NCBI RefSeq assembly: GCF_018350175.1
Contig: NC_058368.1
Coordinates: forward strand, 204,044,001 to 204,108,000
DNA: 64,000 bases
Direction of reading: 5' to 3'
From: Felis catus
Taxonomy: Eukaryota
The notes below the pieces were generated by a model that did not search any database, had not been told where the DNA came from, and was given only the letters and a program-made list of their open reading frames with translations. Position numbers and translations under genes: made by a program. Below, piece by piece: positions 39,127-53,634 of this stretch. The stretch's first letter is position 1; each line of letters begins with the position of its first letter.

Positions 39127-39157
39127 AAAATTAACATTAAAAAAAAATTTTTTTTTA
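38910..39157 (+). mobile_element. Can-SINE (SINEC_Fc-like)
   Basis: Perfect TSD aaagaggatcaggtcag at 38894-38910 and 39158-39174. Confidence 0.96.
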
Positions 39158-42100
39158 AAAGAGGATCAGGTCAGACGACAATGCAAACATCAATGCAGTC
39201 TTCTGCAGAACTGCGTCACACTACCCTTTCCACTCTGAGGATGTTTTTATAGATTGTGCCCAAATCTGGCTTTTCCATCACTAAACCAAATCCAGCAACC
39301 AAGCCCAGAATAGAAACGGTATGACTACTGACACGCTTTCTATTTCAAAATAACCAACAAGACTATGAAGAGTGATATCAGAGGAAAAAACCAAAATTCT
39401 ATTTTTCACTAATGTTCTAAAATATTATATTTCAGCATATTACAGAGACTTGGTAAGAATTATACATAATTTTATCTTCCTGTCTGAATAACTGTAATGA
39501 TGTTGCAGAACGGCTGTTGGAAGGCAATAGCCAGTGAGCACCATAAAATGGAAATTGTCAGCAAGATAGTGAAGAACTGGAACATGAAATGAGAAAAGGG
39601 CTTTTATTTATTTATACTCCGCCATGTTTACATGAACCTCATTGAAGAACATCGGCTCAAAGAGTTTATTATGACTAATACTAGAACAAGAAGCCAAAAA
39701 CCACCCTGATGGTCAGAGGCACCAGTTTCATGAGTAGTAAAAGTTTCTCCCTCAGACCACCAGAATGCCCGTGACAAACGTGTCCAAGAAATGAGTCCTA
39801 CAAGGGTATGGCAGAGCCTTTACAAAATACCCAAATCACAGGCTTTCTTTCCACCACACCAATATGCTGTGAACAATACAAATAGAAGGCCAAAGGTGGT
39901 CTGGCCAACAGTCAACCCGCGAGGAACAGGGTCGCTTTTTAGGAGCACAACTGACACCTCTGATCTGAGAAGTTACTGGCAATTCTATACAATAGGCTGA
40001 ACACAGACGTGAGTGAATGTACATACTTTCTTGAGTTTTCCTCCCTTCTACCAAAAGTTTCGTTCATATGACTAACTACACAAATAACTCCCATCACACC
40101 CACCTTCCTGGCCACTATGTTTTTCAAAAAGGCAGGCTCGGAGCAAAGTGCAAAGAAATAACACCATATTCTTTCAGAAAACTTGAAGCACTGGCTAATT
40201 CATCACCCAGTAGTACCAGCTGTAACTCCGAAATTCTGATACAATTTTCTATGCTACAGCTGTTTGTCATCATTTCAGCTGCATCTGAGCTGAAGACACA
40301 ATGGGGCTGTTAAGTGTCTCCAAGTCAGAATCTTCAAGCCTATGATATAACCTCCCCGTGAATGTACATTTCACTGTGAATATGCAGAATTTTCATCCGT
40401 GTACTCAAGGACCTATTCTCAGGACCTAGAACGGTGCCTGGCACCAAACACTATATAACTATCCGTTCAGTGAATGGTCATTAACATGAATAGTCATGTC
40501 TAAAAAGAATGTATTGCAAGTTGTCGCTGAAATGCTAAATAAAATGTCTTCTTTCGTTACTCAAATTTCGGAATATTTTATCAGGCCTAATTAATATCTA
40601 TTCTCCTCAGAAGCATGTGCCTTTATTACCTTATAAATCTGAATGTCCTATCTCTTCCTGCATCCCAATACATAACAAATCCAAGAAGGCTGAACTCTGT
40701 TTACTTGAATTATATGTAATCCATGAAAAACAAGAAAATCCAGTTAGACTGACAAAATATTTCATCTTCAACTATCTTCAAAGAATGGATTCCTTAGCAA
40801 AAAATAACATATATTTAAACCGATAGCCATGCCACACGAGACTGTAAAGCACTATTAAACCGCAAATACCAATGGCAGCTAGATGTGTTTCGACAGAGAA
40901 TGAAAAAGATTAAATGTTTTTAAAAACCTGCAAAAAATTCATGTTCTGAGTAGCACAAGAGGTTTCAAACGTCCCCTGGTTAATTACCTACTCCTCTCCT
41001 CTGCATTCTGATCCTCCTTCCACTCTACTTTTCCTAGCATACTATCACATTAAATGGAATTCATTCATGGATTCATTTGTGTACAGATTTGTTTTCCTCC
41101 TAACTATAAACATTTGAGAGTGGGAATTGCACTTATGCACCCTTGAATCCCAATCCCTAGTATAAATTTCTACCAACAAATTATTAACAGAAAGATGTAG
41201 TTGAACATTAATAGGAAAGCAATACATAATATCAGTCAGTAAATTAGAGAAACTGAAAGGTGGTTTCACAAATTCAAAAGACTTCTGTGGTGAGCCAAGC
41301 AATAAGGCTTTCTGAAAAGAAAACCCAGCAGTGATTAATTGCAAACAGAAAAAAATTACACCTCTTTCTAAGAATTACTCACTGGGAACACTATCTCTGC
41401 TTTATAACGAAAAGCCCATCGTATTGATCCAAAGATTGGGAAATAAAGAGAAAAAAAAAATGTCTACATTTTTGTAGCATAAGATTTTGGTAATAAAATG
41501 CTTTTAGAGATCAAGCAGAGGTTAGGGAAGCTATAGAGGCGTTCTGGCCAACTGGGAAGCAACAATGTACTGGCCACTAGAGAAAGTCTAAGTCAGTGAA
41601 CATTCATGCCGTTCGGAAAGGAGCTCTTGTCATGAAATGTCATGTGCTGCATTATGCAATCTCAGCTCCCGGTGAGTATGTTATGACTGTAGCCAAAGGA
41701 AAGGAAAACAGGAGTGTCTCTAAATCAATCATGGGCCATGAAGCCAGACAGACTGTATGACAGATGCAATTTTTCTTGGCACCACTTGGGCATAACTAAT
41801 TGATGACAATCGTATGTCCTCACTGGCACATTTCCATGGGGTATGTGTGCGAATATGTCACCACATCTGGATGCTAGGCATGCTGGGGTCCTGAGGCACA
41901 AAGATCTACTGACACCAGAGGCCCAGCAGCTGTGCTCAATGAACACCGTGGGAGCTCCACAGAGTGATGAAAGGACGAAATTACTGCTAACTGTAAATAC
42001 AGATTTATTTCATTAAAATACGAGGTAATGCTGCAGCCATCTCATGCAAACAGACATTTGTCTCCTAAAAAAAAAAAAAAGAAGAAGAAGAAGAAGAAAG

Positions 42101-43326
42101 CCAGCATCTACAGATAGACATATTCCTAACTTCATCAAGAAAATCTGCATTTCTCCCAGGAAAAGATGATAATACACATGAGACAAAATCAACAATTTCT
42201 ATGACTCCCTTTCAGTTAAAAAAAAAAAACAAAACCCACTCAGAAACTAGAAAGGAAAAATAGGATAATCTACTGTCACTGTGTTAGCAAGAACACTTTG
42301 CTTCCATTTAACTCAAACATGAGATTTGCATATGAAGCCCACGGTGAAAATTCAACAGATCACAGTAAAAAACTGAACTCTCTCAGTAAAACGTTCTCAG
42401 TAAAACGACCGAACTCTCTCTCACATAAAGTCTGATATTCTGTTCACAAAATTACTTCAATAAAACACAAACTATAACTGAGAAACTATTCATATATGTT
42501 TAATTAAATATCTCCCATGAATCTTAAGTAATTATTTTTCCCATGCAGTGTAACAGAAATCAACCTAAAACAACAATTTTTGTTATGTCCTCATGGATCA
42601 AAATCACATTTTAATTAGGTCAGAAACCGAAATTTCATTTGTCTCATCCCTTTTATTATCATTTTTTCCATCCCTCTTAGTCCTCTCCCCTCACATCCTG
42701 CTTCTGTCAAACTACCCTATGGTCACGATGCTCCCCAACTTTGCATCCACCTCACCCTGGACTGATTTTCCAAGCTGTCTGGTTAATATAGGCTGGTCCG
42801 TGGGTAATAAGGGAGGTATGTCAGATTAATCATCCCTTCCCAAAGGAGAACTAAGACAGGGAAGCTATCTTTCTCTACTTCATTAAGATTGCCACTCATG
42901 TCCTAAACATTTGTGGTGATAGAAGGCATTACTAATACGTTAGACTTCTCACATGTGGACTGAATAAAAGAACAATTTCTTTTTAAGAAAATCATAAAAG
43001 ATTCTTTAACACATCCATTCCTTGTGTAGGTCTGCAAACGTTTTAAGTGGCAAACGTATGACTGAAAGGGCGGCCCTGTACAATACCAGATAAGAACATG
43101 GGAATCAGTGACCAAAATGAGACTTCATATGTGAAAATCAAAAAACAAAGCCAGTGATTTTTCTCATCTTCGATTTTCAATTCCTCGAAGATTACACTAA
43201 ACATGGTAACATCTACATCACAGAAAAGCTGGTCCTACCACAAAATAGTATTTTGACTCTCTGTATTTGAAAAACACAGACTAACTATGGATTGCAGGAA
43301 GGCAGAGAGTGGGGAAGGAGTGAGAG

Positions 43327-43404
43327 AAGGAAGGAAGGAAGGAAGGAAGGAAGGAAGGAAGGAAGGAAGGAAGGAAGGAAGGAAGGAAGGAAGGAAGGAA
43401 GGAA
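43327..43404 (+). repeat. (GGAA)n microsatellite, ~19 copies
   Basis: Read directly. Confidence 0.95.
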
Positions 43405-44541
43405 AAAAAATGTAGCTGATGCTAAAATGTTAGATCCCCTTCTATCATCGGCTAAGTCTCTTCACCACTACTAATAGCTGGGACATTCAGGATTCAATCT
43501 TGTGTAGACACTCTGACTAGCTCTGATTAGTTCTAGGCACGTGGTTAGGCTTATTCTTATCATCTTCCCCAGAAAAAGTATAAGATAGACATCTAAAAGG
43601 GATTTTCATGAACAGACATTAACAGTTTTGTCAACATACATTAACTTTCAGGTGAACAAACTAACTTTATTTGATAATAGAGTTGGCTTGTCTCTCTGAC
43701 TTATGATACTATGTCAATGAAACTGCTAGAGAACAGCTTCTCTACTCAAGAGGAAACAGGTATCCCTCCCCCCTGGGAGGACAGTCCTCCAGACAGTCTC
43801 TTCACTCCAAAATAGGGATCCAAAAGTGCATAAGCCAGATACAAAGTACTGTAAGGGTTTGTCACCCACTGGCCCCACCTTTACATCCCTCAAACCCTTT
43901 ATCCAAGGTCATGGGAATAATCTAGAATTGCAGAGTCCTCAACTTCCTCATTGTGTTCAAGATCCTCTCAAGGGCAGAGTCTAGTGCCCAAATGCCAAGT
44001 AACAGAGACAGCTACTGCCCTAATCCATATTTCGAAAAACGTATGGCTTTAGGAAAAAAACAATTTCAATAGTCTTTGCCATGAGAACAGGAGAGTGAAC
44101 GCAAACATTCATCAGCCCACGGGATCACCACTGGGTCCCACTCACTCTACAAAGACCTCTCGTTTGAGATGTTTTTCTTCAGTCAGTGGGAACAAGAGAA
44201 ACCAAAAGGTACAACCTGATGTGGTTCTAATCCTTTGTGTGACCTCCTTCCCCAAATCCAACCAGAAACAGGACTTCTGTTTTACCCCTTTAACAAAAAT
44301 CCCGGAATTCAGTATAATAAAGTTTCCCTTTCTACAATGGAGCTGTATTTAGGTTCTGTGGTATTAGAGACAGTGCAACTAGGTAGCAAGACTAAGGCTA
44401 GAATAGGGTTTTGACAACTCAGTTTCTTTACCTGGGATTACATACGTAAAACTCCACTGTAAGAAAGTCATCTAAACGTGAGTCCTCTATTTTCCTTTCC
44501 TCTCACACACGTGCTGCAAACCAGGCACTATAAGCACTGAC

Positions 44542-44623
44542 CTGACTTTCTTGCCCTGTTCAGCGAGCATCTTCACCAAGTCTGCGATGGGGTACTGCGC
44601 TTTGGCTGCACAGAGACCATAGC
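44542..44623 (-). CDS. NNT: NNT exon 19 ([28 protein letters not shown])
   Basis: Not in the ORF track; acceptor ctttgcag|GC, donor CAG|gtcagt; 82 nt. Confidence 0.97.
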
Positions 44624-44711
44624 CTGCAAAGAACATGAAGGACACAGAAGAATGTGACTTTTATTTTGAAATCTTATAAACTACAATTGCTCCCTTGATC
44701 AAAACATATTT

Positions 44712-44922
44712 AAAAAAATTTTTTTAATGTTTATTCATTTTTGAGAGAGAGAGACAGAGTGTGAGTGGGGAGCACAGAGAGAGGGAGACAGAGAATCTGA
44801 AGCAGGCTCCAGGCTCTGAGCTGTCAGCACAGAGTCCGACGCGGGGCTCGAACTCTCAGACCTCAAGATCATGACCTGAGCCGAAGTCAGACGCTTAACT
44901 GACTGAGCCACCCAGGCGCCCC
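44712..44922 (-). mobile_element. Can-SINE (SINEC_Fc-like), sense to NNT, ~90 nt upstream of exon 19
   Basis: TSD tcaaaacatattt at 44699-44711 and 44924-44936. Confidence 0.96.
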
Positions 44923-45419
44923 TTCAAAACATATTTTTAGGCCAAAAAAAAAGGGGCAATCTGTTAACAGGACTAGAAATGAAAGCAAACTTCTAGACTT
45001 GTCAAATCAATAGATTTCCTTTTTAGAAAACTCTTACGATAGCATGATAGAGTTAAAATTAGGTCATGTTACCTCATCTTATTGGAAATCACATGATTCT
45101 CAATGATTTTTTTAAATATTTACTGTTGATAAGAAAGAGATTAACATTTACTAGCATTTATGGAGTCTAATGAGTGAGCTAGATACTTTCATACACTATT
45201 TCTAATTTAATACAGTAATCCCAAAAATGATCATTGAGAAAAAAAAAACCAAGACTCAAAGATGACTAAAACATTTGTACAGAATCAGAGAAAGACATGG
45301 CGAGAACCCTCTACATCAGTTTGTAAAATCTCTATATGATTCCCAAAAAATTAACCTAAGCCAAGGATTCTCACCATTTTTTACTTGGTAATCAGAGGGT
45401 TGTTTCTATGTTTCCATTA

Positions 45420-45758
<339 letters not shown>

Positions 45759-46535
45759 CTATGTAACTTACTGTATCCAATGTATACAATATTCACAATC
45801 ACTTAAAGAGGTTTTTATTTGATCATCTAAAAAAATCACATAGATCACATCTATAAAGTCAACTGCACACTGACATGTTTTCAATAAAAGTTAATTTTAA
45901 GAAAGAATTTAATGGAAAATTACCAGTAACATTAAGAAATTAATGAAATTCAGATCCAGTTATTACTGTCTGTGTTCTGATTAAGCAAGTTCTACCTCCA
46001 TATGTATTTCACCAGAGTGAAAGAGAACGATATCTATGAGAAATTTTACAAGGTGACTCTATAGATCTCTCAGGTGAATCCTGCTACCAGTTCCAACAGG
46101 GAGGAATCCAAAGGATAGGAATTCACATCATTTAGGAGTCTGCTGCCCTCTGTCGTCAAGAAAACAAGAAATGCGGGAGTTGATTCGTTCTTCTTTTCCA
46201 AACCAACTACATACAGCTCCAGGAAGCAGTAACAGAAGTGACTGGATTCATCATCAGGTTCCTAAAATATTTTACTTCCAAAAAGGTAAACGAGTAAGTT
46301 CATACACCATTTCATTAAAACTTATACCCACCCTTTTAACTAAAAAAATAATCTTGGGGAAAAAAAAATAAGAGGAAGGCATGCTCATTTACAATCATCC
46401 AACAATGTGCCACACAAGTGAATCATGTGAAAAAAATCACAGGTCTGGTTTCTACAATAGTTCATTTGTAGACCTCTGGAGCTGTGGTGGTAAAAGACAA
46501 GAAGCAAATGCCTTTTAAGAATTCAAATCACTGCA

Positions 46536-46710
46536 GGGATGCCTGGGTGGCTCAGTCGGTTGGGCGTCTAATTCTTGGTTTTGGCTCAGATCACGATCTC
46601 ACGGTTGGTGAGTTCTCGCCCACATCAGGCGCTGTGCTGACAATGCAGAGCCTGCTTAGGATTCTCTGTCTCTACCTCCCTCTCAAAATAAATAAATAAG
46701 CTTAAAAAAA
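46536..46710 (+). mobile_element. Can-SINE
   Basis: TSD caaatcactg at 46524-46533 and 46714-46723. Confidence 0.92.
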
Positions 46711-47523
46711 ATGCAAATCACTGTACATGAACAAAGCAGTCATTCTACATGATCAGCACTGGATTTCTCACTTCTGAAAGGGCTATAATAAACATATGAT
46801 TGATCCAATGTGTATACCATGTAAAAGCTATATAAATGCAATCTATTACTTAAAAAAAAAAAAAAGACAATACTGTATTCTTAAAGAATGAAAAGCAACT
46901 GGGATTTCCAGGGACACGTAAACACACTAGGAGAAAAAAACATGACAACCCACACGAAGACAGCCCAGCCTGCTACCACCTTCATGCAGACTTGAACATA
47001 CACGTCTGAAGTGGGACAGAGGTAGAGGCAGGGAGGACAAGGTGCAGAGACGATGAACAGAGAGCCATACCTGACTAAAGGCGGCATATCAATAACATAA
47101 AGAGGATAGATCCAAATGTCAGAATTGTAATTATCCTTTTTGACCTAAGCTCACTTATCAGACACAGCATTCGCATTTTACAGAGCCCAAACTCTGGTAA
47201 ACTTGTCTAAGATTATCACATACAAAATAAAGTCCAGAATATCTTTATATATTTATGAACAGACAAGAGGGCCAGAGAAAAATTCATAATGGTTTTATTT
47301 AGGTATAGAGTCCCAATCTGACATAAAGATTTAAATTCTTAACCCAACCTCCTATACTTAAATCCAGGTTTTATTGAAAATCCAAATAGCCAGGTCTGAG
47401 ACTTCCAAACATTCAACATTTGTTGATTTTGTTAATCCTTTCTAGTTTTGAATTAGAAGATTCTGAAATTAACAGAAATATGTTCTACCAAATAAATGTT
47501 TGCCTTAAAAACTAAATCAAAGG

Positions 47524-47980
47524 AATGTGCATCGACTGATGAATGGAGAAAGAAGATGTGGTATATATATATACAATGGGATATTACTCAGCCATCAAAA
47601 AGAATGAAATCTTGCCATTTGCAACGACGTGGATAGACCTAGAGTGTATTATGCTACGTGAAATAAATCAGTCAGAGAAAGACAACTACCATCTGATTTC
47701 ACTCATATGTAGAATTGAAGAAACAAAACAGATGGACATAGATGAAGGGGAAAAAAGAGAGAGAAAGAGAAACCATAAGAGATTCTTAACTACAGAAGAT
47801 AAACTGCAGGTTGCTGGAGGTAAGGTGGGTAAGGGGTGGGTTAAATAGGTGATGGGTATAAAAGAGGGTATGTGTGTTGAGCACTGGGTGTTCTATGTAA
47901 GTGATGATCACTAAATTCTACTCCTGAAACCAATACTACACTGTATGTTAAGCAACTAGAATTTAAATAAAAATTTGAAA
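47524..47980 (+). mobile_element. L1 3' fragment (end of ORF2, 3' UTR)
   Basis: ORF 47543-47848 IYTMGYYSAIKKNEILPFATTWIDLECIML. Confidence 0.92.
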
Positions 47981-48042
47981 GATTAAAAAACATTTGATTC
48001 AAAGGAGTATTTCAGACATAGAGATATTTCTATCATAGATAA

Positions 48043-48079
48043 CTTTTTTCTTGTTTTAAATTTTTTTAAATGTTTATTC

Positions 48080-48133
<54 letters not shown>

Positions 48134-48299
48134 GCATGAGCAGGGGAGGGGCAGAGAGAGAGAATCCACAGAATCCAAAGCAGCTCCAGGCTCGGAGCTG
48201 TCAGCACAGAGCCCAACATGGGGTTCGAACTCACAAACCACGAGATCATGACCTGAACTAAAGTCGGACATTCACCCGACTGAGCCACCCAGGTGCCCC
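48043..48299 (-). mobile_element. Can-SINE with expanded (GA)n
   Basis: TSD tcatagataa at 48033-48042 and 48303-48312. Confidence 0.94.
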
Positions 48300-51197
48300 A
48301 GCTCATAGATAATTTTTAAAAAGTGAAACACACAAAATGGTTCCATTACCTGCATCACTCAGTCCTGCAGAGGGACAGATGTACAAGGATATGACCACTT
48401 TACTCTAACTTGGTGTAAAAGGAACCATTCTTCTCTCCCTATAAAACTGAATGGAGGAGAAGAATTTCTGAGGACATTTAATTAATGTTTACCCACTTCT
48501 AATGGCATCTTCAGGAGAAAGAAAGGGAACCACACAGTAGTTTAACAATCAAAGTCAACTTGTTAAACACATATCCACAATTATATCACCATTAAGCTAA
48601 TTCTATGTGGTCTCTTAAAAACTAAATTATTTTTCATCCCTGAATTTACCATTGCAACATCATATTTTCAACAAATGCTTAGGGTGTAGGGCTTTCTTTT
48701 GTTTGTTTGTTTCTTTCTTTTTTTTGCTTGCTCAAGTGATTAATGAGACTATCCTGGGCAGACTGAGGAGTTCCCAGCTCCCAAGACAAAGTATTCGCAA
48801 CACTATCCAAGACTGTTCCTTTCAAGTTACTAAGCCCTATAATGAAAACTGTATGCTACATTAAAGAGACCCTTAATTCACATCATTCCAAGCAAACTAT
48901 AAGAAATAAATCTGAAAACAAAAGAAAGGTCATAAAATAGACAAAACTAACGCAATAATAACATACAGTCCATTTACTATCATTTCTCATTTCAGTGCTT
49001 TGTGGGTGCCAAATAATTGACTGCAAAGCAAAAAAAGAAATTATTTTTGGTTTGGCTTTGATGTACTTCATTCTGTTCTATTTTCATTTGGAAATAAGCA
49101 ACAAAGTACAAAAATCAGAAAATTCGGTCGGAAAATGCTGTTCCCCTTCTACAAGCGCTCTACCTCCCAGGCTGTTTGGACACAATCTCAAGTACATGGA
49201 CTGTAAAATCATGAAGAGGTTAATGTCTATATGACTTCTAGACATAAAGCAAATTATTCACTTGAGCTGCTTCTTTGGACACTATCGATATTTTTCAGTT
49301 TAACATTGGGTATTGTATAACCACAGCATTCGGCTCAGAAGACACACAAGAGAAGAACTGTCAAAACAAAAATTCAATTTTCGGTATTACTGATTAGCCA
49401 CTCGGGGAGCATTTCATTCCCTCTCACATAATAAAAGCACTCTGTTCCGGTTTGGACTTGCATGTTTCCTTTAATAAACAATAAAATAATGAAGCTACAA
49501 CATACTAGTAATATTAATAGATATCGATATATGATAGTACATCTGTTATCATATGCTATCCAGAGAAGATTCCAAAATATGAAATGAGCTGACAAATATT
49601 TATCTAATGTTTACGTAACAAGTATTATACTCATCTGAGGTGCCAGGGGCTAGGTCAGGCCCCGTAAACACAAAGGCAAACAGTAAATGACATCTTAAAA
49701 TATCTTCCTTGTAAAATAAGAATAGTATCTCCTACCTCCGGAATTAGTGTGGAGATTAAATGAGCTAACATTTGTAAAGCACCCAGCTTTAATGCCCAAT
49801 CACGAGCAGCTATTTCATTTTTATTTTTATTAGGAACCACTCTGAGCTGCTAAAGCATAGGCCACGAAGAAACAATTTTTTTGATAATAAAACAAGCACA
49901 AGCCAAGAATCAATGAAGATTAATGTGAAAAGTCAGGAATCGGGGCAATCTGGAAGGAGAGAAAATTTCTATCTTCAAAACTGAAAACTACAGCAGGGTC
50001 GTTTCTGTTGTTGCCTTGTTTGTTTCATAATAAGACATAGGACTGAAGAGAGTGTGAGAAAACTAGCTCCCCACGCATCACCGTTGAGAGCTAAGACTGG
50101 ACAGTCCTTTGTGGACATCAATTCATAGATATTGAGAGCCAACAGAAAGCTCTTACTCCCTTTGACCAAGTAATTGTACTTACAAAAAGGTCAGCTAAAG
50201 GAAAAAATCAAAATGCACAAGGAGGTATACTGAAGAAAAAAACAAAAACCAATACTATGGACTTGGATAAATTATGGCATATCTGTGTGATACAACAGGC
50301 AGACACCAAAAATTATTAGAAAATCATTGGTGAGAACATTGAACAACACAGAATATATTTGAACATAGGTATATGGGAAAATACTGGAATTAGAATATTA
50401 AATTTTAAGAGTTAAGTGGTAATGGTATTGCAAATGATTTTATGTATTTATCCTTTTCTACTTTCTTCCAAATTTCCCACATTAAGCATCTTTTATTTTT
50501 GTAATTGAATAGTATTTTCTAAAAATTTAAAGCTTCGGCTGTCCTTGAATCCAAATTAATTTGAGTTGCTATTATAAACAGAGTATCAGTCTGATCCAGA
50601 GTGACACTTAGGGTCACAGACAGCTGTAAGAATACGCTGTTAGCCTTATACGGTACAGGAATAAAAAATATCTGTGAAATGCTGACAGTAAATGACAGTA
50701 AGTGACGTGGTAGAAATTGAAAGAAAAACAAGAAATACAGAAACCAGATCAAGAAATATGAAAGAAGAGAAAAGCATAAGACAAAGATGATATAGTCACA
50801 GAAGTACACACAGAAAAAAGTATTTTCAACAGCTGCCCCTCACAACCTTATTCTAGTTACTGTCATAGAATTGCTACTGTAAGTTTCTGCAGTTACTATA
50901 ACCAACAATAATAAAAGAAACTAGATGAAGAAGGGAATGGGAAGGAAATTTAAAAAAGACACACAGAAATTTGGGAAATACTACTGATAAGATTTAAGAA
51001 CCTAAATAAAACCATTTAAGGAAAAAAAAAAATGATAAAGCCAAGAAAGACCCATGATGATGCTCTAAGAACTAGACATAAGTACTCCTCACCTCTCCCC
51101 AGATCAGTATGCCACTGGCTTTGTTAAAATTTAAGTCTTCCCGTGTAATTTTAAAATCAGTGTTTTGAACAACAAGTTTAAGTAATGATGAAAATCT

Positions 51198-51214
51198 GCT
51201 GCCCCCTCCTGGTC
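51198..51214 (-). promoter_or_regulatory. Candidate CTCF motif (CCAGGAGGGGGCAGC)
   Basis: One mismatch to the CCRSYAGRKGGCRS core; isolated GC-rich word in AT-rich intron. Confidence 0.45.
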
Positions 51215-51261
51215 ATTCAAATTCACCAAATGAAGCAAAGTCAAACCAAGAGTTCATTTTT

Positions 51262-51590
51262 AAATGCTAAGTGAAATAAGTCAGTCAGAGAAAGACAAAT
51301 ACCATATGATTTCATTCATATGTGGAATATAAGTAACAAAACAGATGAACAAAGGAAAAAAAGAGACACAAACCAAGAAACAGACTCTTAACTACAGAGA
51401 ACAAACTGATGGTTACCAGGGGGGGAGGTGGGTGGGGACAGGTGTATAGGTGAAGGGGATGAAGAGTAAACTTACCATGACGAGCACTGAGTAATGTGCA
51501 GAACTGTTGAATCACTATACTGTACACCCAAAACTAATATAACATTGTATATAATCATACTGGAATCAAACAAAAACTTAATTTTAAAAA
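51262..51590 (+). mobile_element. L1 3' fragment
   Basis: atgctaagtgaaataagtcagtcagagaaagac...; TSD agttcattttt at 51251-51261 and 51591-51601. Confidence 0.92.
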
Positions 51591-51658
51591 AGTTCATTTT
51601 TTGAGAAAACTATCTCTAATACAATTGAATACATTTTTCCTTGTTCACAAACATTAGG

Positions 51659-51732
51659 TTTTTGTCTTTTAATTTTTTTAATGTTTATTTATTTTGACAG
51701 ACAGGGAGAGAGAGTGCAAGCAGGGGAGGGAC

Positions 51733-51768
<36 letters not shown>

Positions 51769-51793
51769 TGAGAGAGTGAGAGAGTGAGAGAGT

Positions 51794-51849
<56 letters not shown>

Positions 51850-51975
51850 CCCAAGCAGGCTCTGTGCTGCCAACACAGTGTCCTCCCTGGGGCTCAAACT
51901 CATGGACTGTGAGATCATGACCTGAGCCAAAATCAACAGTTGGATGCTTAACCAACTGAGCCAACCAGATGCCCC
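51659..51975 (-). mobile_element. Can-SINE with ~115-bp expanded (GA)/(GAGAGT) tract
   Basis: Reverse head ctgagccaaccagatgcccc; flanking aaacatt repeats. Confidence 0.93.
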
Positions 51976-52854
51976 AAACATTTGTTTTTCTTAAACCCCA
52001 AAGCCTGACACCTTTCAAGCAGGAGACACAAGCTTCCACCTTTCCAAATTCCCTGAACAACCTGGAAGATTTCATTTTAAAACCTCTTCCTTTCTTTGAA
52101 CTTGGGCTATCAAATCCTTTGTTTTACAATATGGCCAAAGAAAACTAATTTTTTTTACTATAAAAAGATAACCTCAGCATTCAATTTACAAAGAGATTTT
52201 CAGTGAAAACATTTGAGAAATTCTGAGTTATAAAATAAGGGTGGGTCTTTTTTAAATATTGTAATAAAAGAATGGAGGCAGAATAAATGTCCTTTTTCTG
52301 CCCGAATTATTAATCAGCAGAGCCACATTCTGATGTCACTCCATTTCACACTTGCCCTTTCACAGTCATTCAGAACTGTTAGAGAATAGTATCTATCATC
52401 TGAAAACATTTTCTAGTCAAACCTTTAATTATTTGCAGGATATCTTCTTGCCATCCAGAAGAGAATTAGAAACAAAAAGGAAGCTAAGAAGTATTTGTTT
52501 TCTTAATTTTTTTTTGCTTTTTTAAAAAAGATCATGCTGACCACAAAACTTCAAGATAGGCACTCTCACAGATGACCAGTGGGAGTGTTAATTGAAACAA
52601 GCTTTCCGGAAACAACACAGCAGTAAGTAGAAAGAACTGATACAAACGAGCATACTCTTTCACTTCGAAGAATCGATCCGAAGACAAAAATCAGAGGTGC
52701 CCAAGATGTATTTTCTACAAAGAATAATTAAAACTCAAACAATATCATTTTTATAGGGAAATATTAAATAAATTTTATATATCCATATGATGGATTTATA
52801 TGAAGTCCATTAAAATATTAGTTAAAAATCACTTTTAATAAGGAAATGGCAAGA

Positions 52855-53050
52855 GGGGTGCGTGCGTGGCTCAGTTGGTTAACCAACCGACTTCGGCTCA
52901 GGTCATAATCTCGCAGTTCGTGAGTTCGAGCCTCACGTCAGGCTCTGTGCTGACAGCTCAGAGCCTGGAACCTGCTTCGGATTCTGTGTCTCCCTCTCTC
53001 TCTGTCCCTCCCCTGCTCTCACACGTGCGCTCTCTCTAAAAAATAAACAG
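52855..53050 (+). mobile_element. Can-SINE (SINEC_Fc-like)
   Basis: gtggctcagttggttaa..gagttcgagcc..gctgacagctcagagcctgg. Confidence 0.93.
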
Positions 53051-53382
53051 AAATTATTTATTTAAAAAATAATACTCAAAATAATAAAATGACCAGAATA
53101 TAGTAAGACGAAAAGAATAAAATGTAAAACAGTATACGATATGATCAGACAAGTAAATACACGGGTATGTGAAAGAGAAAAAAAAGAGAGAATACAAGAG
53201 ATAGACCGAAATCTTAAATGCTTACCTCCAGCTGGAGGGAGTCGGAAGATTTTTTTATCTTTATATTTAATTTTCCTAATTATCTACACTTGGGTGCTTT
53301 AAAAGCAGTCTTGCAAATTTATTCAGATGAAACACTCTGAGATTTCTACTGAAGAAAATAGGAACGGACACAGTCGTTTCTA

Positions 53383-53634
<252 letters not shown>

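Noticed and set aside
38720..39238. 172-aa ORF
   Set aside because: Reads through a Can-SINE and its (CT)n tract; similar MAQSVK-type peptides recur at many SINEs here
42373..42420. Short local duplications (tctcagtaaaacg twice, gaactctctc twice)
   Set aside because: Ordinary slippage-scale repeats with no regular spacer structure
46141..46158. Second CTCF-like word gctgccctctgtcg
   Set aside because: Matches only part of the core; too weak to call without data
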